Positions 38,292 to 47,826 of a stretch of DNA of 64,000 bases are shown piece after piece. This DNA comes from a virus: positions 15,718-79,717 of the IMG/VR virus record IMGVR_UViG_3300031787_000063. The stretch is one strand, 5' to 3'. The first letter of the stretch is position 1, and each line of letters starts with the position of its first letter. The notes beneath the pieces are model-generated. The model was not told where the DNA came from and ran no database searches. It worked only from the letters and a program-made list of their open reading frames with translations. The position numbers were made by a program, and so were the translations under genes.

Positions 38292-39540
38292 ATGCAACAA
38301 AAATTAGAATTAACAGCTATTGGATATGTTTTTACACTAGCAAATATATACCTTACAGTGAGTGGTAAACCTTTGGCTGGAATTGCTTTTGGATTAATTT
38401 CTTGTTATTTTTTTATAAAAGCTTTAATGATTAGAAAAAAAGATGATGAAGAAGATCGTTAATTTTTTAAAAACAGATTTAATGAGAATGTCCCCTTACG
38501 AAAGATGGAGACTGTGTTTCCAAGTTGTTCAAGTTATGATAACTCTTGGAGTACCTTTTATTGCGGTATGGTTAAGCAAAAATTGGAATTGAGTTTTTGG
38601 AATGGAGTTTTGGCTGGGGCAATAGTAACTTTTTTCGTATGCTCCGGAATTGTTGGGGAATTTTTCGTAAGTAAAGAGGTTTTCAAATTAAAAAGAATAT
38701 ATATTGATGGAAAAATATATAGATTATGTGAGGATAGATGAATTACTTTTTAATATTAATCGTACTTTCTGGATCTGGGGTATCAACCCAATCTATCCCT
38801 TTTGAATCAAGTGCTGGATGTCTTAAAGCATTATCATCAGTTTTAGAAATGGAAAAAGGAACTCACCTAACAATAAAATCAAGGTGTGTAAAAAATGATT
38901 AGTTTAATTATTGTGTGTGTTTACAACCTTTCTCTATTAGCTGGAACCGCATACTTAGTTCATAATGGGTGGAGTATATTTACATTTATCCCAGCATTTT
39001 TTCTTTTATTAGGAATAAAGTACAGGGAATGAATTTTATAAGTCAAACTTTAAGCAACTTAACTTCTGGAGGAAAACTATATGTTTTCTTTCAGATTATC
39101 TATTTGGCAGGTGCTCTATTTTTTACTTATGTGCAGATTCAAATCTTAAAAGAACTAAAAAAGCCAAATAATTGCTGTTGTGAAAAAAATGAAAGACCCA
39201 GAAATTAATCCTTATGCTATAATAGCTATGATGGTTCGAGTTGCTCTCTTGCCGTTCTTGTTACTACTTATATTGAGAGGTTGTCAATGAAAAGAGATGA
39301 AATGATTGGGGCAATTGCCATGAGATTAAAAATTCTACATTTACAAGAATTTAATCAGTTTACAGACGGAGAAATGCCATTGCCATATCTATTGGATAGA
39401 TTAGCATCAACCGCTCTAGAAACTGTAGAATTAGAAGGAATGTTACCTCCTCCAGATTACTCAGAAACTTATTATAGTAGTGATGAGCCGGGAGGATATC
39501 ATCCAAATAGATGGGAGGACGAAGATGAACAGGCGTAATT
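38292..39540 (+). other. Cluster of short, mostly hydrophobic ORFs
   Basis: Tightly packed 40-85 aa ORFs with RBS and overlapping stop/start codons; individual starts uncertain. Confidence 0.5.
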
Positions 39541-39797
39541 TTTTATTTCTAGCTTTTACAAGTGTCCTTGCTTGTACAATCATTAAAGCGGCTGCTTCTG
39601 TAAAAGTTTACGTTACGGAAGGTAAACTGGGGTATAAAATTCCGGGAAATGTTGGAAGACAGTGCAAAAACTGCAAACATTTTGAGACGAAAGCCGAAGA
39701 TGGAATTTGTAAACTTCAGGCTATGAAAAGCGTGATGAAATCACCAGAAGTACATGTCATTCCAGAAGCAACTTGTAACATGTGGGTACAAAAATAA
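39525..39797 (+). CDS. High-potential iron-sulfur protein (HiPIP) with Tat signal
   Basis: ATG 39525 after GGAGG; MNRRNFL twin-arginine signal; LGY...CKNC-x11-C-x21-CNMW. Confidence 0.75.
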   Translation: MNRRNFLFLAFTSVLACTIIKAAASVKVYVTEGKLGYKIPGNVGRQCKNCKHFETKAEDGICKLQAMKSVMKSPEVHVIPEATCNMWVQK

Positions 39798-40224
39798 TGG
39801 TAAATCGTTGGACTTCTGGATGTATGTATCGGCACTTGACATCTAAAGACTTAGACATCTTTGTAGTTAAAGTTAGATACCAAGATGAAAAAAGAGTTAA
39901 ATTGTTAATTCGCTGGGTTTATAAAACAAATGGAAACTTTGCAGATCTGCCCGGATTAAGAGATGGTAAAGATAATATAGTAGTCTCAGCAGATCAGTAT
40001 AAATATTGGAGTAGAATATGATTTTAGATTTTGAAAAATTTATTAAAGAAAAAGTAGGAGAAGCCATCGAGGGCAGCTTTATGGACGCAAGTATTTTTGG
40101 AACAGGCTATATTAAAGTAACTTTCGTAAATAATGATTTAAATGTGGAACATATTCCATTTGATAAAGTAGAAGAGGAGCTTGAGGCTTTCAAAGAATTT
40201 AAAAAAGAAGTTGGTAAGATGTGA
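39797..40224 (+). other. Two short hypothetical ORFs (39797-40021, 40018-40224)
   Basis: ORF track and overlapping stop/start codons. Confidence 0.5.
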
Positions 40225-40324
40225 ATGTCGAAAGAGTAGTTTCTATATTTTTTGTTGCATTATACAATATAGGACTACTCTGGATTATTGGGCTAGTTCT
40301 TAAAGCTCTATTAGAGCATAAAGA

Positions 40325-41230
40325 TTAACTTGGAGTATTTGAGTACGAATTGACGAGTCTTATAGTTCCGCTGAAATTAAAAATTCCCGGATATAAGTTT
40401 GAAATGCCTTCTGAAACTGTATCCATAACTAATACATAAGGGGTTACTGAATTGTTTAGATATACTTTGAACTCGTTAGTATTTTCTTGCACCATTCTTA
40501 TGGTTATATCAGACCCAGATGGAAGAATATTATCTAAATAAAAAAATTGGGATTTACTACCAACTCCAGAACTTCTTCTTAAAGTTATTCCACTTGGTCG
40601 TAATGAAATATCTACGCTATTTGAAGAAGCATCTACAAAAGTATCAAATAACCCTATTGTAACATCACCAAATTCTGATCCATCAGGAAGAATTCCTCCC
40701 CAATTTAAAACTTTTATCATATAAGTAACATCATAAGTAGCGACATTGTCTACACTTAAAGATCCTCCAATGGGAATTAAAGCTGATCCATGTTGATATT
40801 GATTCATACTAAAAGAATATGCGGCTCCTGTTGCTGGAACTTTATCAAATCCAGTGACAGGATCATATCCAAAACTATCAAATATCGTAAAATCAAAATC
40901 AGAAGCTACTAAAAATTGTCTAGGAATTTGTAAAACTCCACCATCTTCATCAATTATGGAAACTTTTACTACTTGAAAAACATTTCTAGCTTTTAAGGAT
41001 AATAAAATAGAAGCGGTTGGAGTGAGATTTGTTCCTGTTACGTCAAATTCTAAAGTTTTAGTTTGATTTCCCGGATTAGAGGTGTATAGAACGTCTACTT
41101 TTTTCCATCTAGTAGAATTAGAAAAATAACCATTACCAGATACTAAAGGATGTGCCTCCAATTCCACTTTATTAAGCGTAAAAATTGCAGGATTTCCTTT
41201 CGTAATAGTTGGTTTAGTTATTATTGCCAC
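40325..41230 (-). CDS. Late protein: shared N-terminal domain plus beta-sandwich/lectin-like domain
   Basis: GTG start; first ~115 aa homologous to the two upstream ORFs. Confidence 0.7.
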   Translation of the reverse strand: MAIITKPTITKGNPAIFTLNKVELEAHPLVSGNGYFSNSTRWKKVDVLYTSNPGNQTKTLEFDVTGTNLTPTASILLSLKARNVFQVVKVSIIDEDGGVLQIPRQFLVASDFDFTIFDSFGYDPVTGFDKVPATGAAYSFSMNQYQHGSALIPIGGSLSVDNVATYDVTYMIKVLNWGGILPDGSEFGDVTIGLFDTFVDASSNSVDISLRPSGITLRRSSGVGSKSQFFYLDNILPSGSDITIRMVQENTNEFKVYLNNSVTPYVLVMDTVSEGISNLYPGIFNFSGTIRLVNSYSNTPS

Positions 41231-41232
41231 AA

Positions 41233-42042
41233 TTATTCCTTGTAGTAAGCTGATGTAATGTTTCCAAAGTATGGTCTACCAAGAGGATAAAGCATACTCG
41301 AACTAGAATAACTGTGAACACTTACTCCATTTAAGTAAACTGTTACAGTTGAACCAATTCTTGAAAATTTAATTGTATTAGTTCCAGCAGCATTAAATGA
41401 ATACTGACCGGGAAGCCAAGTGTCACCGTTGGTATTAATTTCAAAATATGTGCCGCTTCTATTGATCATGGCAACACTTCCAGTGAAAACGCCAAGTGTA
41501 GTGTTATCTGCCATGCCGACACCGATTTCTAAACAATCAGCACCCTCAAATAAATAGTTCACTTCAAAATCACTAGAATAACCTGTTGATGATTTCATCA
41601 TATAAAACCAGTTTTGAGATGATGGATTAGTTAATACAGCCCCAACAGAGTTTGTAGTAGGTCCATTGGTTAAGTTCCAATTAATATACTCTATTAAGGA
41701 TATATCAAAATCTGCAGAGTTTAAAGATTCTCTTGGAATCTGCAGAATCCCATTGTCATAATCTACTATCAATAAACTTTCTACTTGGAATTCATCCCTT
41801 GCTTTTAAAGAAAATAGGATTGAACCAGTGGGAGTTGGGTTAACTCCACTAACATCAAACTTTACATCTTTAGACTGATTTCCCGGACTAGAAATATAAA
41901 TAATCTCCACTCTTCTCCATCTGGTAGAATCGGAGAAATAAGGATTTGATGTCACTAAAGGATGAGCTTCTAACTCTACTTTATTTAGAGTTATTAAAGC
42001 CGGAGTTCCTTTTTCAATAGTTGGTTTAGTTATTATTGCCAC
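41233..42042 (-). CDS. Late protein: shared N-terminal domain plus concanavalin-like domain
   Basis: GTG start; C-terminal IKFSRIGSTVTVYLNG. Confidence 0.7.
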   Translation of the reverse strand: MAIITKPTIEKGTPALITLNKVELEAHPLVTSNPYFSDSTRWRRVEIIYISSPGNQSKDVKFDVSGVNPTPTGSILFSLKARDEFQVESLLIVDYDNGILQIPRESLNSADFDISLIEYINWNLTNGPTTNSVGAVLTNPSSQNWFYMMKSSTGYSSDFEVNYLFEGADCLEIGVGMADNTTLGVFTGSVAMINRSGTYFEINTNGDTWLPGQYSFNAAGTNTIKFSRIGSTVTVYLNGVSVHSYSSSSMLYPLGRPYFGNITSAYYKE

Positions 42043-42052
42043 TTATAAATCC

Positions 42053-44998
42053 TTATGGAGTTGGTTTTAAAGATGCATTGAGTGTGATAATTCCTTCTAT
42101 GTCATCATTAGTGTATTGAAGTTGTCCAGAAGGTGTAGCACTTAGAGAAACTCCCGTAGGTCCCAATTCGGTACTAGGCAATCCATCTACGCTAAGATAT
42201 GTAATGGCATTAGAATAGTTCGAATCCCCCATTTCTACTCCTATTACTCCAGAATAAAATCTACCTTCGGAAATATAAGCAGTGGGTATTAAAGCTAATT
42301 GTTCATTTGATCCTGCATTCATTAAGGTATCTAGATAAATGTAATTAAATGCAGCATCAGGAATTCCTGTTAAAGCTGTAGTTCCATCTTGATTTAAAAA
42401 TCTTAGATTACCATTATAATAACTAGATTGATATCCTAAGTTAATTATGATGTAATTTTTAAATAAAACTATTGTAGTTGCTGCTGCCGGAATTTTTCCT
42501 CCATTAGAAGCATTTGCACAGAATGCTGTGTCCAGTGTTCCATCGGAATTTAATCTGATAAGATGATTTCTACCAGATCCCTTATATCCACTAAAAACTC
42601 CTCCGATTAATATTTTACCATTAGATTGAACTTTAACATTTCTAGTTTCGCTATTAAATGTGTACGAATCTACTGCATTAGTACAAAAAGCCTCATCTGT
42701 TGTTCCGTCAGAATTTAATCTAAGAAAATAACCTCTTCCGCCAATGTTATTATAATTATAGAATTGTCCTGCAACTAAAATTTTTCCGTCATTTTGAATT
42801 TCTACACAATATATTTGTCCAGAAAATTTATTACCATCAGAAGCGTTTATACAAAAAGATTCGTCCAATGTACCATCAAAATTCAATCTTACCAATCTGT
42901 TTCTATTAGAAAAATTATTATAACTAGTAAAATTTCCTGCAATTAAAATTTTTCCATCCGATTGAATCGCTATAGAATTTATCCTATCTATAAACTTATT
43001 TCCATCAGATGCATTGGAACAAAAAAAATCATCAAGAGTTCCGTCAATATTTAGCCTTACCAATCTGTTTCTATTAGGAACTCCTCCATAATCTGTATAA
43101 TCTCCAGCAACTAATATTTGACCATTAGGTTGAATTTTAATATCTCGAATTGTTGAAAATTTACTTTTTATAGTTTCACAAAAATCTATATCCAAAGTAG
43201 AATCGGAGTTAAATCTGACCAATCCATTATATCCAGAAATTGTATCATAACCAGTGAAAGTTCCTCCAATTAAAAATTTTCCATCCGACTGTATTGCTGT
43301 AGTCAGTACCGTGCTATTTATTTTAGCAGATTTACTAGAAACACTATCTGATAAAGTAGCATCTCTTGTTCCATTTGAATTTAAAACAGTTACAAAATTT
43401 CTATATTTAAAATTAGAGTAATTGGTAAAATTCCCCATTACCATAACTTTCCCACTACTTAACTCCAAAGCACATCTAGTTTCCGAATTAAATTTTAGAC
43501 CGTCAGTGGAATTTATTGTATAAGGAGCGTCTAAAGTTCCATCGGAGTTCAACGCTACAAAGTAAGTTCTAGTAGAGGCTCCTCCATAATTACTAAAACC
43601 ACCACATAACAAAATCTTACCATTTGATAACAATACAATTCTTCTTATGAAATCATAAGGACTCAGTTTATTAAATGTATTATCATAAAAAGTACTATCC
43701 ATAGTACCATCTGAGTTTATTCTTCTAAATCCAGCCGTGTTGTACGAACCATATACTTGTCCACCATAAAGTATTTTACCGTCAGGTTGCACTACTATAG
43801 AAAACACTGCAGGGTTAAGATTTTTATTATCCGAAGCATTTACGCAAAAATCATTATCTACTGTTCCGTCAGAATTTAATCGAATCATCCCACTTCTACC
43901 AGAAGTTCCAGCGTAGCTTGTAAAACCTCCTCCTACTAAAATTTTATTATCAGTCTGTAATGCTATTGTAATTACATTACCAGTAAACTTACCTCCGTTA
44001 GAAGCGTTAGCTATAAAGTCTGCGTCCGAAGTACCATCTGAATTTAAGCGGACCAAATATCCAGTAAAATCGCCACCCACAAGTATTTTACCATCTGACT
44101 GCTGAGCTACTGAAATTACGGTGCTACTAAATTTATTATTATCAGAAGCATTTACACAAAATGCGTTATCTACTGTACCGTCTGAATTTAATCGAACTAA
44201 TCTACTTCTACCAGAAATTCCACCATAAGTTTGAAAACTTCCGCCTACTAATATTTTTCCATCAGATTGGATTTCTATAGCATGAATTTCAGAATTAAAT
44301 TTATCATTAGAAGAAGCATTATTGCAAAATTCTACATCTAAACTACCATCTGAATTTAATCTAATTAGCCTATTAAAATTAGCAAATCCTTTTGAATTAG
44401 TGAAGGTTCCGCCAAGTAATATCTTTCCATCAGATTGTTTTTTAGCAAAGTTTATTACAGCATTAAAATCTGTAAAATCAGAAATAATTCTCAAATCGCT
44501 ATCTACTACGGGCATTTTTTTAGTAATAGAGTAATTGATATCAAAGCCGTATGAATTAGGGTTAAGTCGTGCGTTTTCAATATTTTGAGGGGAGCTTACA
44601 TTTGCAGAATATGCTTTTATAAAAGTAGCTGGGAGAGCTGGGTAATTGCCTGTACCTAGTGCTAAATCGAATTCTCCTGTAACTAAACTAGACCTTGGAA
44701 TTTGTAGGCTTCCTCCATCAAAGTCCGTAATTACCAATTTCTCAACAATAAAATCATCTCTAGAATCTGCTGTAACTAAAAATGTAGCAGTTGGAGAAGA
44801 TAAGGTTGCATTGAAATCCAAAAGCTCAGATTGACTACCAATCGTTGAAATGTATACAAGCCTAACACGATTCCAATTTGTAAGGTTTGAAAAATAAGGA
44901 TCTGCAAGTACTAGAGGATGTGCAGCAAGTTCTGTTTTATCTAATGTAAAAACTGCCGGGACACCTTTAGAAACAACTGGTTTTATGATTATTGACAT
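42053..44998 (-). CDS. Delta-60-repeat beta-propeller protein with shared N-terminal domain
   Basis: About 12 repeats of IQSDGKILVGGxF...LVRLNSDGTLDxxF. Confidence 0.85.
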   Translation of the reverse strand: MSIIIKPVVSKGVPAVFTLDKTELAAHPLVLADPYFSNLTNWNRVRLVYISTIGSQSELLDFNATLSSPTATFLVTADSRDDFIVEKLVITDFDGGSLQIPRSSLVTGEFDLALGTGNYPALPATFIKAYSANVSSPQNIENARLNPNSYGFDINYSITKKMPVVDSDLRIISDFTDFNAVINFAKKQSDGKILLGGTFTNSKGFANFNRLIRLNSDGSLDVEFCNNASSNDKFNSEIHAIEIQSDGKILVGGSFQTYGGISGRSRLVRLNSDGTVDNAFCVNASDNNKFSSTVISVAQQSDGKILVGGDFTGYLVRLNSDGTSDADFIANASNGGKFTGNVITIALQTDNKILVGGGFTSYAGTSGRSGMIRLNSDGTVDNDFCVNASDNKNLNPAVFSIVVQPDGKILYGGQVYGSYNTAGFRRINSDGTMDSTFYDNTFNKLSPYDFIRRIVLLSNGKILLCGGFSNYGGASTRTYFVALNSDGTLDAPYTINSTDGLKFNSETRCALELSSGKVMVMGNFTNYSNFKYRNFVTVLNSNGTRDATLSDSVSSKSAKINSTVLTTAIQSDGKFLIGGTFTGYDTISGYNGLVRFNSDSTLDIDFCETIKSKFSTIRDIKIQPNGQILVAGDYTDYGGVPNRNRLVRLNIDGTLDDFFCSNASDGNKFIDRINSIAIQSDGKILIAGNFTSYNNFSNRNRLVRLNFDGTLDESFCINASDGNKFSGQIYCVEIQNDGKILVAGQFYNYNNIGGRGYFLRLNSDGTTDEAFCTNAVDSYTFNSETRNVKVQSNGKILIGGVFSGYKGSGRNHLIRLNSDGTLDTAFCANASNGGKIPAAATTIVLFKNYIIINLGYQSSYYNGNLRFLNQDGTTALTGIPDAAFNYIYLDTLMNAGSNEQLALIPTAYISEGRFYSGVIGVEMGDSNYSNAITYLSVDGLPSTELGPTGVSLSATPSGQLQYTNDDIEGIITLNASLKPTP

Positions 44999-45265
44999 TC
45001 TTCTTCCTTAGAAAAGGTTCTTATTATATTTGTTATATTATTTCAGTAAATATTGATATATAAGTCATTACTATTTCGTACTCTTTATCAATAGCAGCAT
45101 CGTTCCGACCCGATTTTTTTTCGGCTGCTGTGACGCAGCGTAAGCTGCGGTATGCACTAAGTTGACAACGAGGTTGACAACCGTTTCTCAGTATATTTGT
45201 TTACATTGTAGATATATACTGTGCATAGATTATTATTCACCTATTCGACTTTTCCTAATAACTCA

Positions 45266-45274
45266 TGCTATAAT
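45266..45274 (+). promoter_or_regulatory. Extended -10 promoter TGcTATAAT
   Basis: Perfect extended -10 just upstream of AAGGAG RBS of ORF 45292. Confidence 0.7.
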
Positions 45275-45291
45275 GTTCATAAGGAGTACTT

Positions 45292-46648
45292 ATGAAAACA
45301 CCACTTAATATTGGCGATACTTACGAAGCTACTAGGCTGCTAAATCCAAAGAGATTCCCCAAGCAGGAAGATCCTCCTCGTTTTAAATTACTAGATATTT
45401 TTACAAAAGATAATACAGTATTGATAGAATTGGAAGATGGTACAAAGCAAGTAGAATCTGCTTGGTTTATAGAGTTCTATTGTAAGAAAGTATAACAAAG
45501 TTAATACGGTTTATTCTGCGGAGACAACATGGAGACAACATTTATTCTCATCGGAACACATCTTTTGTTTGCCGCATCCGTGTGCATAGTTTATACTATC
45601 TTTGAGGAGTCTATATGAACGATAAAGACAAAGAACCTTTTAAGTCTTGGTTTGAACAAGACAGAAAAGAATTTGAAGCAAGAGAGCCAGCAACATATAC
45701 AGACTCAGATGAGTGGTGTATGAGAAAAGGCTGGATAGCTGCTTGTAAATACAAAGATAAAGAATACTCTAACTTAATGGATGCTATGAGTAAGACAAGC
45801 CAGTACAATTTCAAACTCCAAGCTGAAAACAAAAAGCTACGTGAAGCTTTGCAATCAATCGGGTATTTTCATCTCAGACCAGAACAAGTAATCAGAACGG
45901 CTAGAGAAGCACTAAAAAAAGTGAACAAAGAATGATTTACATGCATAAGAAAAGCGGAGAACTTATCCTAATTAACTGGAGCAACGATATGGCTATACAC
46001 ATACAAAAAGAAGATAATCATGGAGTAATCTTCTATTCAGCATGGGTAGCTTTGGAAGATGAATATGAGTTCATTGGCGAACTGTAAAGGTGGTGCATAG
46101 ATGAAATACTTATCAATAATTTTTTTGGCTATAGCCTGTTCCCCTTATCACAAACCTCAAGTAGAGTATAGCGTACCTCCGGAGCTTTCAGATTGTAAGA
46201 TATTTACTATTTCTGATGGCTGGAAAGAATTGTATGTAGTCAAGTGTCCCAACGCTGATACGACCACTTCTTGGACCAGATCCTGTGGTAAGAATTGTAC
46301 CACTACAGAACATGTGACGGTGACTGAATGAGCCAGAAACCACAAAATAAAGTTAAACAAACTTCAGGTGGTATTGGAGTAGAACAGTATAATAAAGCTT
46401 TGGTTAGAGCTGCAATAGAAGCTACAAAGCTAACCTTTATAAAATCACCCTCTGACCGTCCTCTCGAAATAAATATTGTTGACTCTGTATATGCCGTTCC
46501 CGGAAAGGTTATGCTTGTCCCAAATGGCACAGAAGTCGATGATCCATCAACTCCATACAAAGATCGCATAAAGCAATTAGAGTACGAACTGGCTAAAGCT
46601 AAGAGAGCAAAGAAACATATTCTTAGTAATGTACGTACAGGTGCATAG
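45292..46648 (+). other. Cluster of small hypothetical ORFs (45292, 45615, 45932, 46101 lipoprotein candidate, 46328)
   Basis: ORF track plus hand-read 45932-46087; 46101 begins MKYLSIIFLAIAC and is Cys-rich. Confidence 0.6.
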
Positions 46649-46705
46649 ATATATAAACACCAATTCTGGCGTATGTATACTGCCCAAATCAAATTCAAAG
46701 TCAAA

Positions 46706-46740
46706 CCCACCTACCCCCCTTGGGGTGGGGAGGGGGGGGG
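46706..46740. repeat. C-tract followed by G-tract
   Basis: CCCACCTACCCCCC-TT-GGGGTGGGGAGGGGGGGGG. Confidence 0.9.
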
Positions 46741-46911
46741 ATACTTGACCAAAGCATTTCGCTCAGGATTAATACCTGACTGATTAACTCGGTCGGATAT
46801 AATACCTGACTAAACTAATAAGCTCGGATACTAATACCCGACAAAACCATTTTGCTCAACTAATATAATACCTGACTAAATCACTTCACTCAGTTATAGG
46901 GTATACCCGAC
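46741..46911. repeat. Six phased ATACYYGAC direct repeats
   Basis: Starts at 46741, 46772, 46802, 46834, 46868, 46903. Confidence 0.85.
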
Positions 46912-46924
46912 CAATCTAATCGGA

Positions 46925-46972
46925 TAGGCAAAGTTTACCTATCTTGTGCTTTTTTTTAAACCATGAGACAAT
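46925..46972 (+). promoter_or_regulatory. Sigma70-like promoter P1 with upstream dyad
   Basis: TAGGCAA-agt-TTACCTA then TTGTGC-N17-GACAAT. Confidence 0.55.
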
Positions 46973-47035
46973 GATTGTATCAGAAGGAATAAACCTTCTA
47001 AAAAGAAAAGGAAAAAAGAGATAACATTAAGACGA

Positions 47036-47083
47036 TAGGCAAAAAGTACCTAGCTTGAGTTATCAGAAAAAAAGAGATACAAT
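47036..47083 (+). promoter_or_regulatory. Sigma70-like promoter P2 with upstream dyad
   Basis: TAGGCAA-aaa-GTACCTA then TTGAGT-N17-TACAAT. Confidence 0.7.
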
Positions 47084-47089
47084 AGATAA

Positions 47090-47670
47090 GAGACAAGGAA
47101 ACGAGTCTCGATAATCAAACGAACGATTGACGCATAGCGGTAACACTATGATAAGATCGGGGTAGCAGTAAGGTCTGACCTGTAACGTGACCTGAGTGAG
47201 TACCATATCGGTACGGCTATGCAAAGTAGGAGTAATGCCCTACGATAGGTTTTGCGGTGGTGCATTTAGACTCGTCGAGTCAATCTATCAGTGAAGTCCA
47301 GCTTAAGCAACTGACTCGCTTTGACAAGCATAGGTACAGCGTTTGTCCCTTGTGGTGAGGGACTAAGTGAACAAAGTCACGAACTAACGCTTCGCAGTAT
47401 GTCGATAAGTACAGTAATCGAGTGTAGCAATGCGTCAACTATCAGGTTATAGATGATGCATCTCGTCTGGAAAGTATTACTGGAGATAAAGGGTATACTG
47501 TTTAGTGATTGAATGAGTACTGTATTGAGATTGTAGGGTACAAAAAGTATAGTTTTCCCTATCCTTTAGTAATGCAGTTTTATAGTTCGGTATTGCATAG
47601 GTAATCTTTACCTACGCTTTACTTGGTGTAAAGCTACATGGTACGATAGTCTCAGTACAGTATTCTTTTT
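47090..47670 (+). ncRNA. Putative large structured non-coding RNA (~580 nt), family unassigned
   Basis: No ORF of 60 aa or more; starts 7 nt after -10; many hairpins, long-range helices 47127/47430 and 47515/47648 with G-U pairs, ends in U-tract. Confidence 0.7.
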
Positions 47671-47826
47671 CTTACTGTATTAAAGAACGATTATTTTTAC
47701 GATATATCTATACTGGTTAAATTTTTAGGGTAATCGAGTCATGTTTTTTAAAACATTATTCAATTATCCCACAAATTCAACTAGTTACATTTTTGGGTAC
47801 AATGCCCAAAATGCATAGGAGGCATT

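Noticed and set aside
46741-46911. Mini CRISPR array
   Set aside because: Conserved core is only 9 nt and degenerate, units are 30-35 nt in total, and there is no cas operon; the Cas4-like gene sits in a recombination module
47090-47670. RNase P RNA or group I/II intron
   Set aside because: GTGAAGTCC only loosely resembles the RNase P CR-I box and no CR-V was seen; no interrupted gene or intron core recognised
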